Below are positions 9,919-22,039 of a stretch of 64,000 bases of DNA, in pieces (positions within the stretch are counted from its first letter, which is position 1; every line of letters starts with the position of its first letter). The notes beneath the pieces are model-generated. The model was not told the origin of the DNA and ran no database searches. It saw only the letters and a program-made list of their open reading frames with translations. Position numbers and translations under genes: made by a program. Source of the DNA: Neovahlkampfia damariscottae (Eukaryota); the NCBI GenBank assembly GCA_016618085.1, contig JABLTG010000028.1, positions 1-64,000 on the forward strand, in the 5' to 3' direction.

Positions 9919-12900
9919 ATGCGTATTCTTCAAGTTCTGTTGATTGCTTTTAGCTTCACCCTAGTTTATTCAAATAACTTAAAATTATCGTACCATGAGC
10001 ATGGAACTGTTACCAAAGACAAAATGACTCAATTTTATCTTCCAAGTATTCCTGAGCTTTCAAATACAAATAAATTAGTATTTGTTGTATTTCCGTTATC
10101 AGGTGACTGTCATTTATTTGTGTCAACCCAAACAAATGCGACTAAAACGCAGTACAATTGGAAATCCACACACACAGGACCAAATTATATTGTTGTAAAA
10201 AAGACAGACAGAAATTATCACAAAGGACATTATTTTGTCACAGTTTCTGGAGAATGGGATACTAATTTTAAAGTTTTAGCTTATATTTCTGATCGTAAAA
10301 AAAACAATTTTAATTTTTTTAGATGAAGAAATTGAATTACATGATGGTGAACCACAAGTTGCTGAAGTTGAGTACAATCAATTTGTAAAATTTAAATTCA
10401 ATTTGATGGAGAAAAAAAATTTATTTATCACGTTGGCCAACTTTAATGGATATCATCGATTTGTTATTGATACAGTTCCAAATCCAAAACCTGTTAGAGG
10501 TAAATACAAATGGATAGGTTATGGTGTAGCTAATGAAGCGTTGACTATCAAAACAACAGACAGAAATTTTATTTATGGAAAGAATGCTACTTATTATATA
10601 AACGTATATGGGTACAGTTCAGGAAACTATAAAAGAACAGAATTTCAAGTAGGTGTTAAAACAGATGGTCAAATAGATATTTTATCTGAAGGAATCCCAC
10701 AAATTAGTCAATTAGTCACTGCAGATTATCAATTTTTTGAATATCAAATTTCAAGTGAAAATGATGTTTGGATAGACTCAGAATCAGATGTTTGGGGAAG
10801 ATCACCGCAATTATGTATTTCAACTGAACATAAAAAACCTACTAGGGAAGAAAATCAATGCACATGGAAACTTGAAAACTCAAGAACAGGAATAAACTCC
10901 ATGGTCATTAATAAAACAGATCCAAATTGGAAAAAATCAACATATTATATTGGGGTCAAGTAAAACCTTTCAAATATTTAAAAAAATATAGTGGATGGCC
11001 AGAGAATTGGGCAACAAGAAGTTATTCATTTTTGATCACTGCAGCAACTCGTTTACAATCGAAGCTCATGTTAAATGGAAAAATATTGACAATGAATCAA
11101 AAAAATAATGAAATCAAATGGTTCAGATTCTTCTCCCCTGATACAACAGAACTATTTTATTATTCAGCAACACCTTCCAAAGGTAGAGTTGAATTTTATA
11201 TTTCAACAGATGCTTCAAATATGCACCCAGATCAAACAAATTATAACTATAAATCTTGGGGTGTCACAATATCAAGGTATAATCTTAGATTTGCTGGTTG
11301 GGTGTATATTGGAGTTAAATCTTTTGGAGACTCTATTTATACTTTTGATATTCATAATGTGCATACATTTACTTCTATAAGAATCAATAGACAAGTGAAT
11401 AACCATGTACAAGTGAATAAATATCATCAAACAAGATACTTTTATACAACACTCCCAAGAAGAATTTCACAACCTTTAGTGATTGGATTAACAACATATA
11501 CAGGCAAAGGAACAGTTTATGTTTCCAAAGAATCAAATCCGTCTCCAGAAGAATATATTTGGAAAAGTGATTTAACTTCATTCTACGTTCCACAACAAGA
11601 ATTAATTGGAATGAATGGAACAAGATTATATTTTGGAATTAGATCAGAAGATGAAAATGTTTTACATGCTCATTTTTCTCTTTACTTTCCATCTGTTTCT
11701 TTGAGATTAAAGAATAACTTGGAGTTACAAGAATCTGTACGTTATTACCAAGAGCGATATTATGCGTATTATTGTGATCATGATGGAAGAATTAAGATTT
11801 TTACTAGATCTCAGTATGGACGTACTTATATTTACATTTCAACCGTTCCAAATCCAAATTCTATGAATTTCAAATGGTACTATTATTTAAGATCAGCTGG
11901 TGAATCAAGAACATTTAATATTGAATTTCCAGAACATGAAACCATGTACTATATCACTGTATTGAATTATTACCCAAGGGATAATACATTATCCATCAAA
12001 ATCAACACTGACTATGAATCGTTATCCCTTGGAGCACGTCCAATCAGAGATGACATCAAAAAAGGAGGAAGAAGGTTATATAGATTGTGGTACAATGATA
12101 TTTCTCGATTCATGGTTTCCACAACTTTGATTACAGGTAGAACTGAAATGTACATTTTAAAGGGTGATTCCATTCCATCACCTCAGAATCATTTCGGTTC
12201 TTCATTGGATTACCCAGGAAATGTTTATTATCTATCAAACACAACAAATGAACATCAAAGAGCTCTTTGGACCATCGGTATTTATGCCAAAGAAGATTCA
12301 GATTTTTATATTTCTTCTCAATCAGAACTTGGTGATTTAGAATTAGGAATTCCTGTCACTGGTAAAACAAAAAAAGGGGATTTACAGTATTACTCTGTTT
12401 CTATTCAAAAACTTGAAACAATTTTTGTGAATGGATTTGCGGCTGAAAAAACATGCACAAGTTTGTATTTTTCTCAAACTGAAAAACGCCCAAATTCTCA
12501 AAATTCAAAATGGAAAATTGATTCATTTAAGCTTTACAATCATCATATCTTTTATGCTATTCAAGGTTATGAAATAAATCAAAACATGTCAAAATTGTAT
12601 ATTGGAATTGAAGGTTGTGAAGAAAATGATGATAAATATCATCCATTTGAGATATCAATCTCACATGCTGATAGTAAGTAAAAAATTAAATTTAATTGAG
12701 TTTCAGGTGGTTCATTTCTATTTCAAGAACACAATAAAATCTATGCAGATGGTGAATACAATGATTTGTTGAGAAATTACAATTTTTTCGTGACAAATAA
12801 TAATTTCACCAAAGGATTTCATTTATATATTGAATCTTGTACAAATCTACCATTAGGATTGGCAGCAATGGGATCATCAGATGAAAATGCAACTTTTCCA

Positions 12901-13799
12901 ATTACATTCATGAATTCAGAATTTTCTGCAAGATCTAATAATGATTTTGCTTCAGCAATTGAAATCAAAGGAAACAAATTTGCAAATAAGAAACTCAAGA
13001 TTTCATTATCTCACTTATCACATATTCCACCTGCAAATGTATTTTCAATTTTTTCATCAACAGAAGGTTACGACACTAGACCAAAAATACATCAATTAAC
13101 TCTTGCAGATCTCCAAAATGAAAAAAATGAAATGAGAAAATCTTTATTAGAAATTAATGCTACTTCAAATTACTATCCACTGAAATATTCAATTTTCATT
13201 AAAGAAGCTCTTAAAGGATTAAATTTAATGACACCTTGCTCAATTCGTTATAATCAAGCATCAAAAATTTATGAAAGTACGTCAAATGGAAATATCTTTT
13301 ATGCAAAAATTAGCACTCACAGTGATAAGAATTATTGGTTGAATGTCATTGTCACTGATTCTTTAGGAAGAGAAAACTCATTTGAATATCCAATGTTTAT
13401 TCCAAAGAAAAAAGCAATACCAACAAACTTTGATGCTAGTTTTTTCAATTTTCTTTTGCAAGTCTATAGAATTATTGTTCTCGTTCTTTTAATGTAAATC
13501 AAAAATTTATTTTCACCTTTTCATCAAGTGTTTGCACTGAAATCATTTTATATTTGTTTATTGGAATGTTGTACAAGAGGTTAGTGTATCAATCAAAAGG
13601 AATTGAAATGATTCCTCATATTGACTTTTGGAGAGATTTTCCAAGTTTTATCAAAAAAGGTTTGATGGTTGTCAAGAATGGTGGAAAAAATATTAAAGGA
13701 GGATATGAAGATTTAGATGAACCAAAATCAAGTGAACCAAATCCTTTTGAAATTCCATCAAAAGGAACAAACGTTGAAGAAGTTTATGATGAAATTTAA
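9919..13799 (+). CDS. Type I membrane protein with repeated PPC-like luminal beta modules and an M6PR/Atg27-like cytoplasmic tail
   Basis: Signal peptide, repeated G...[LMF]Y[IV]S....P......W modules, a TM segment, then YKRLVYQSKGIEMIPHIDFWRDFP. Introns include 10295-10322 and 10960-10991. Confidence 0.75.
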
Positions 13800-14040
13800 A
13801 ATGAAGTTTTCATATTTTTCTTTCAAAATCTATTTCTATTCCTCAAATGATGACCAGTTCAAAATCAATGGAAATGGAAACATCACATTCCTTTTAAAAA
13901 TTGAACTCTCACCAAAAATTTTAAATCTCAATTTTGACAGTTTTGACAACATCAGCATCAAGTACTTGTCGAAGAGTTGCCACTGTTCTTTTTTTTTTGA
14001 TCGGACAAAACAAATTTCATTGGTCAAATAACAATTGAAG

Positions 14041-14340
14041 ATGTTTGGTTATTATCAACTCTATGCTGCGTTATTGGGTTTTTTTGGTGTTTTTGCTTTT
14101 GTTCAAAAAAGATCAGTCATGAGTTTAGTAGGTTCAATTTTTATCTCATTAATATACCTCGCTGCGTCAAATTATAAATCAAAAAATGATGTCAAAGGTA
14201 ATTACCTCGCTTTTTTTGGAGCTTTCTTATTAGTTTCAATTGGATTAATGAGATATGTTAAATCTTCAAAATTTATGCCTGGTGGTGTCTTGCTTATTCT
14301 TGGTTTAATTTCTATTGTTTTAGAAGTTTTAGGAAAATAA
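14041..14340 (+). CDS. TMEM14-family small membrane protein
   Basis: YAALLGFFGVFAFVQKRSVMSL and RYVKSSKFMPGG motifs. Confidence 0.85.
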   Translation: MFGYYQLYAALLGFFGVFAFVQKRSVMSLVGSIFISLIYLAASNYKSKNDVKGNYLAFFGAFLLVSIGLMRYVKSSKFMPGGVLLILGLISIVLEVLGK

Positions 14341-14425
14341 AAAATAAACAAAAAAAATTGAACCACAAAAATTAATTTTTGAACCTGAATTGAGTGACAA
14401 ATTGAAGCAACAAGATTTTAATTTT

Positions 14426-17106
14426 TTATTCTTCAACTTCTTCAACTTTTTGAGTTTCTTCTTTTACTTCTGGAACATCATCTAATTCCTTTGGTTTTGG
14501 GAATTCAATAGACACAGCATCACCTGTAAACGATGGTATTCTTGATTCATTCAAGACAAGAGTTTCTTTCTTTGGTTTTTTTCTAATTGAGAATTTCTTC
14601 TTTTCTGGTTTTTCTAAACTTCCTTCAAACGCTGTTTCTTTTCTCAAAGACTCCACTTTTTCATCTTCAACAGGCTCAACTACAGAAGATTCTTCTGGTT
14701 GAGTTTCAGGTTCAATTTCAGAATTTTTTGATTCATCAACTGTCCTCTCTTCAACAACCTCATTGACATCTTTATTCTCTTCAACAATTTCCTGCTTCAT
14801 ATTTTCATCTTCATCAACTTTGACTTCAACATGATCTTCTGCAGATTCAACTTTTTCTTCTCGATCTGAAGTTGCATCCACTTCCACATCAACACGATCT
14901 TCATTTTCTGGTTCTATGACTTCTGATTGTTCAACTTTATCTTCCAATTCAACATCTTCAAGTTCTCTTGGTGTCAATTTTGGCGCAGTTCTTCTTTTCT
15001 GTTTTTCTTCTGATTCTCTTTTTTCAGAGGCTTCTTCTTGTTCGAATTCAGATTGTTTTGGAACATCTTCTTTCTTTTCATCTTCACTTTTTTTTTCTTC
15101 AATGATAATAGGCTGTGAAATTGTACTCTTGAGATCATTTTTTCTTTTTTCCAAATTCTTTCTTTGATAACAACTATTACAGAAATAGAAAGTTAAATAT
15201 ACATATACAAGCATTGATGTAGCAAATATAGATTTGATTAAAGTAAAATAACCTCCAAATTCAGCAACCAAAGCAATAAAATCTTTTGATGCAGTTGAAA
15301 ATGTTGTTTCTTTCATTAAACTCTGCAACAATAATTGAGTCCCAAAACAATCTCCAGGTGTAGTAATTGTATCACATGTGAAATTATTCAAACGTCCTAA
15401 TTCAACAACAGTTTGTTGTTTTACAATATTCAAAGGAAATGGAGGTGTAATCTTGGGTGTATGCTCACTAATTGGGTCTCTAAATTGATCTACGTTTGCA
15501 GGAACATAGGAACTGAAAGATTAGATTTGACAAATACTTACTCAAAAACAGTATCATGAAAAATAATTTGATTCATCGAATTTTTTCTTGTAATCTTTGT
15601 TGCAGTTAAAAATGACTTTCCAAAAGTATCTCCGACAGCATATCCATTTATGATCCCTATCGTTTTTTCTTTATCAATAAAATAACCAAAATTGTTGAAT
15701 TTTGGATAATTAGTTGCTGGATAAGATTTTTTTGAATAAATGAAATGAAAATCTGTTGATTCTACTTCCATATCATAAAATTCATTTGTTTTCATTGCTT
15801 TAATGATGATAACATTTCCAGGAGATCCTTCAAATTTTTCACGAACATACAAACATCCACTTGGATTGGTGCATACAAATCTTTTGTAAATTGACACTCC
15901 TTTTGTTGAAACAATATCACTTTGAATCACAATTTGATTTGATTTCACACTATAATTATCAACTAATAAATAAATAAATAAAATGAACAATAAAATTGGG
16001 AATAATATCGTCAGCATTAACCCAAAAACAGTCCCTGGTTGAGAAGGAAATTCTTTGAAAAATTCTAAATTTATGAGTCTGTTAAAAAAATTTGGTTTTT
16101 TTGGATCTTTTGGTGACAATAAGATGATTCTTTTCACAGTTTCCAATTTTGGTGATAGTCCCAATATTTTCTTGGTGATTAATAATATAACCATCACAAT
16201 GATCCCAATAATTGTAAAAGAAATGGATGTTAAACTGCCAAATTTTCCTAACCAAACAATCACATGAGCTCTTGGAGCATTTGATTCAAATGTAGTAATC
16301 AAAGTATCAGCATCTACTTTGGTACCACGACAATCTGGTACACTGCATGTATAATTTGTAAAAATTGAAGTTTTCAAAGCATGAACAGATGGCAAAAAAA
16401 ATTGTGAAAATAGAGAGCTTGATGAGACTTGATCATTGGTTCCAACAAATTCTACTCTTTTTTGAAAAAAATTAAATCAATCTTAATATTACGCCGATAA
16501 ATAGTTTGATGATTCTGTGGCTCCATATTCTGAAATAACAGCGTATTGTGTAAGTTTGATGGTGTGTAAAATTTGATTGGATGTCAATTTAAAATAAACA
16601 GGCGTAGTAAGTGTTTTTGAAACATCTGAAAAAGAACCAAATACTTCTTTGTATGGATGTTGTGGTACAATATTTGTGAAAATATGATAACTATAACCAT
16701 TACAAATTGGAACTGTGACTTCATCAGCAAAAGTTGAATTTAAATCACAATTTACACCTGGTACAGGTATATGAGTACTTAATTTCTCTGAAACAAAGAA
16801 ACAACGAGTCAAAGGTGAATCTCCTTTGCTATCACAAGTAAATTTTAAAGTGATTGATCTTTTTTGACCCAAAAGACTTTCGTATTTGATTTTTTGAACA
16901 ACTTTTTGACCTACTCCTGGAATTTGTCCAACAGGTGTATAGCTATCAACCAACACATAAATGAAAATTAAAATTGCCAAAATGAAAAAAATCAAAGTGA
17001 AGCAAATACCTATGGAGGTACCTGGTTCCGTCTTTCTTTCTTTGTATAAGTCCAAAAAACTTATTTTGTTGATTTCAGTTTTGGTGTCTGTGAGGAAATG
17101 GCTCAT
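14426..17106 (-). CDS. Membrane protein (~871 aa) made of two tandem 2-TM/ectodomain modules plus an acidic tail
   Basis: Three ORFs join in frame through GT-AG introns 16457-16492 and 15513-15541. Two PGT.[IF]G...T[LI] TM1 motifs; TM2 motifs LGKFGS and VAEFGG. Confidence 0.75.
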
Positions 17107-17278
17107 GAAATAATAACAAATCTATTGGACGAATTGGACAAATCAAATGCCAGCTCTATTCTTTTGTAAAATAATCAGAAAAAATGATAATTGTATCAAA
17201 AATTAAAAAAAAAAAAAAACCTTGAGATGGATATGATTGGTCACTTTAAGACAGATTTTTCTGCTCACTCAGTTTAAC

Positions 17279-18881
17279 ATGGACACAGTCAAAAAGGTTT
17301 TGAATTATGTCTTCCTAGTTGACATCTTTAAATTGCCTGAACAACACGAAGGCTCAACAATTGGTTGTTGTATGACAATGCTATATCCAGTAGTATCAGG
17401 AGTCATAATTCTGATTTTACTACTTTTACGTTTTGACTCAAATCTAAGTAAAAACTATCATATTTTTAAAAAAAAGACGGTTCCTTTTACACAACAACCA
17501 GTGCATTGGTTGACTTAAAAAGAGAAAACCCAAATTATGCAGTGAATTTTAATTTAAGGTTTCGTTGTGATTTAAAAGACGGATGTTTAGTTTATCCAAA
17601 GCCAAAAGCTGGAGGTGTTTTAAGTACTTCAGATCAATGTTATTTCACACCAAAATTTGTTAAACAAGGTCAAGACTTTCCGATAAAAAAATTTTGTTAT
17701 AAAGACAATTTACAAATTTTCACATCAACAGAAAATAACACCGCAACTATTGACAACACTATTCATTATGGTTATCTGTATAGTGAAGAAAGAGATCAAT
17801 TTGATAACTTTTTGGTGAACATTCCAATTCATGGAAACCAAGCGTTAAGGTAACCAACTGGAGATTTTTTTAACATTAAAGAACAACCAAAATGAATTTA
17901 GATATTGAACAATTCACAAATTTGGAATGGTGGACAAATAGTTTAGCCAATGAACAAATTTATTATAAACCAACCTATGATTCATTTTTTGAAGGACAAA
18001 ATTCTTCAGATATATTTTTTTATGATCAAGTTGCAGGATTAAATACACCAAATGATTTTTATTGCAATACAACTTTGACAATCCCTCAAAATACAACCGA
18101 TTGTAGAAACAAAACAATAGTTACAACTGTGTGCATGGTTGAAAATTGTACTGTAGATTTCAATAACACTTGTAATACAACAATGAATAATTCTTCAATT
18201 TGTGATAATACCACTTGTATCAATGGAACTTGTCTTGATAGTTTTACTTGTATATCTTGTAATAATGGAAGTTGCACAAACACAACCTTTTCTAATACAA
18301 CCACTTCAAATAACACTACTTACTGTAAGAGTTGTACTGCCGGAGTTTGCAACAATGGAACTTGCTCAGTTCCAACATGTAAGAATATCACTACCATAGA
18401 GACCATTTGTGGTCCGAATATCGTTTGTGTGAATCAAACATATTGGAACACAAGTTGTGTAAATGGAACATGCTTTTCCAATGCGACTTGTACCAATGCA
18501 ACTTGTTATAATACAATTTGTAATAATGGGAGTTGTTTGAATACAACTTGCAGCATAGGAAATTGTTTTAATTCATCATACACAAATGAAACATGTAGTA
18601 TTGTACTCCCAATTGTAAATACAACAACATCAAATTCAACAAGATATTTCTATTGCTATTCAATTGGCATAGAAATGTCAGATTCGGTTGTTTCTACAGA
18701 AGTCAGAGCTAATTTTGATACCAAAGGATTTTTTGAAACTCTTGCTTTATTTGGTGGTCTTCATGGTTTGGTTAGTTTAATCTTTTCGAATTTTGTTTTT
18801 TTTGCATTACAAGTTATTTATTTTTTGCCAGCAAATATTTCAAAATTGATTGCAAGACCTGCTTTGGATCACACAGAATAA
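17279..18881 (+). CDS. Single 2-TM module paralog (~513 aa) with a Cys/Asn/Thr-rich ectodomain insert
   Basis: Introns 17448-17476 and 17850-17881 restore the frame. TM1 EGSTIGCCMTML; TM2 FFETLALFGGL. Confidence 0.75.
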
Positions 18882-18940
18882 ATTTGTTTTTTTATTATCT
18901 TTTTGTTTGTTCTTCAGATTCGGAGATTTACAATTCATTT

Positions 18941-18991
18941 TTCCAATTCTGAATTTGACCAATTCATCTTCCAATTCTGAATTTGACCAAT
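18941..18991. repeat. 23-bp direct repeat (TTCCAATTCTGAATTTGACCAAT x2) in the promoter of the RGS gene
   Basis: Exact copies at 18941-18963 and 18969-18991, giving four CCAAT boxes. Confidence 0.85.
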
Positions 18992-19011
18992 GAAATTGGT
19001 TTTCAGTTGAA

Positions 19012-20860
19012 ATGCAGTGGCTTTGGTTGATTCTGTGCTTATTTACAATAGTGAACTGCTATGTGTATCAAGGAAACATTGCTGTTATGTGGAAAAATGA
19101 AGGAAACATATTGACAATTTATGGAATTTCCAAAGGTTTTCATGGCTTCAATTTAATTGCTTTTTGCAATTCCAAGAATATGTCCAATTCAATTTTCTTT
19201 TCTTCACATGTTGAAAACTATGTATTGGTCACAAATGAATATTTTGGTGATTTTAAAGGAAATTACACAAAGTCAAATATTTCAAGGACTATTTCAACCA
19301 AATTTATAGACAAGAATAGTTATCCGATGCCAAAAACAGATAGAATATTATTTACAACATTACAATTTAATTATACAGAATTCAAAAATTACTTCAAAGA
19401 AAATGAAAAAATATGGTTTTTGATTGGTGTTAATTTTTATTTTTTACCACCAACAAATCAGAAAGAAAAATTCACTTTTCATGAAAGTATAATGTTGAAT
19501 GAATCATTTAACACAAGTTTGGGTCATTTTTTATTTTACAATTTTTGAAGGTGCAATTGATGAATGGTTTTTTCAACCAGTTTTTGAATTGATAGAACAA
19601 TCAGTTTTGCCATCACTAATAACTTTCAAGATATTTCACTTCATCATTATAGTTTTATTGATACTATTTTGTCGAGTACAACCGTTAAAATCCAGAGGTG
19701 TCATTCCATTTCTTGCATTTCTTTATTATTTTTTTAGTTCATTTTTTTCAATTTATAAGTTTTTGCCACTTGAATATTACTATTTAGGGTGTTATTTCAA
19801 TTATTTAGGAGCTGTTCCTTTGAGTTTATCATCATTCATATTGTTTATTATCACTTACATTCGATACGTTATATTTTCAAATTTAAATGTGAGAAAAGAA
19901 AATTTTTCAACAAAACAAAAATCATCAAAAAGAAATAATTTCAAGTACATGTTGATAACACTGAAGTATTTTACTCATCCAATCGTTTCACTTTTGATTT
20001 GGGTGATTTCAATGTCATTTTTTATTATTCTCTATTTCATTTTTATTATGACATTAAAATGTGAAAAAAATTTACAAGGAGTGGATGGATATGTATCATC
20101 TATATTTTATGGAATTATTATAATAATCGGAGTTTCATTTTTCATTCTTGATTTCATTTTGAACATTAGAACAATTTTTTCAAAATGTGGAATTTGCAAA
20201 TTACTATGGAAAAAAGATCCGTATTCATTCAGAACAGAACTTTATATCATTGGAATACTCAATACTATTCCAATGTTTATTGCATATTTCATTGTTATAT
20301 ACTTATTTGAATCACCTGTTCTGGTGAATTCAGTCGTTTCCTTTTTATTAGAATTTTCAGTTTTTATGCTTCAAACAGGATACGTTTTATTGCTTACTAT
20401 CATATCTTTCATCATAGGACTCTTCAGAAAAAAACCGAAAGGATTTCTTATTGAAAAATTATTAGGAGATGAAGAGTTTCATTCATTATTCTATGAATTT
20501 GCAAAAAGTGAATGGTCAACAGAAAATTTAGATTGTTATGATGACATTGAAGAATTTGAAAAAAATCCAACAAAAGAAAATGCACAAAATCTGATTGTGC
20601 TATATTTCAATGGACGATCTTCTGAATTGGAAGTAAATATTCCAAATCATGTCACATCCAATATAAAAGAAAATATCAATGCTGATGCAATTGACAGACT
20701 TTTATTCTTTGAAGCAAAAGAAGGAGTTATTCTGAATATGAAAGATACATTTTCCAGATTCATTTGGACAAAAGAATACAAAAATTTCATTTTGAAAAAT
20801 GAAGCATTTGGAGATAAAGTAGTAGAACAATCAAACAAAAGATTCAGTCTTAAAAAATGA
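19012..20860 (+). CDS. 7TM-RGS protein with an N-terminal DOMON-like ectodomain
   Basis: Signal peptide, QPLKSRG after TM1, about seven hydrophobic helices, then RGS motifs FYEFAKSEWSTENL, ELEVNI and DTFSRF. One intron at ~19522. Confidence 0.85.
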
Positions 20861-20913
20861 GACTCGTCAACTTATTGAACAAATCAAAATTCATTTTTAA
20901 TAAAAATGATTAT

Positions 20914-21985
20914 TTATTTTTGTAATTTCAAAACATCTTCAACATCTTCAGTACTTCCAAGATAAATTGGTACCCTTTGATGAATATCTTCAGGAACAAC
21001 ATCCAAAACTTGTTTGTGTCAAAAAACATTTTTTTTTCAAACCTCTTTCTTTTCCAGTTGTTGAACTACCACCTGCTTTTTCCATGATAAATGACATTGG
21101 ATTACATTCATACATTAATCTTAATTTACCATTTTTATTTTTTTTATCAGCAGGATAAAGAAATATTCCACCTTTTAATAAAGTTCTATGAACATCAGCA
21201 ACCATTGATCCAACATATCTCAAAGAATATGGTTTTGTAAGTTCTTTTCTTGAAGAAACATATTCTTTTGTTGATTCTAACCAAGTTTTGAAGTTACCTT
21301 CATTTACTGAATAAATTGAACCTTTCTTTGGAATTTTCATATCTTTTCTTGTCAATTCAAATTCACCTGAAACTGGATTAAGAGTAAACTATAATATATG
21401 AGTTTTATATTTATTTTTTTACACTATTGACTCCTTTTTGTGTGGCCAAAACAAATTCAGTGCAACTTCCGTAAAGGGTATAACCAGCAGCTATGATTTT
21501 ATTCCCAGGTTGAAGAATTTTATCACCATCTTTTTCATAAATGCTGAAAATACTTCCTACAGGAATAGCTACTTCAATATTTGAACTACCGTCCAATGGG
21601 TCAAAACATAAATTGAAAATTCCATTTTCTGATCCTTTTATAATTTCTTGTTCTTCTTCTGATACCATTTGATAAACTTGTTGACAGTTTTTCAAACAAT
21701 AAACAAAATTATCATTTGAAATTACATCTAATGGTTTTACTTCTTCTCCTTGAACATTAGTGAAACCAGTGAGACCAAATAGGTTGTTGATAGCTTTAAA
21801 ACATTAAAAATTTCAATAAATTTTTTACGTGCTGAACGAACTTCATTGTTGATTGCTTTGGTTGCCATTTGCAAAGAAACAAAAACTTGAACAATTTCTT
21901 TTTGATATTTATAATCAGAGTATTCTTCTAATACATGTTGTGTTAAATAAACAGGAAGTCTTGTTGGATAAAGTGATGTAGACAT
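20914..21985 (-). CDS. FBP1: Fructose-1,6-bisphosphatase class I
   Basis: [28 protein letters not shown] and [12 protein letters not shown] across spliced exons. Confidence 0.95.
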
Positions 21986-22039
21986 GAGTTAATAATTTTG
22001 TTGAACGTTAATCAAACTCAGCAATGATTGGTGGAATAT

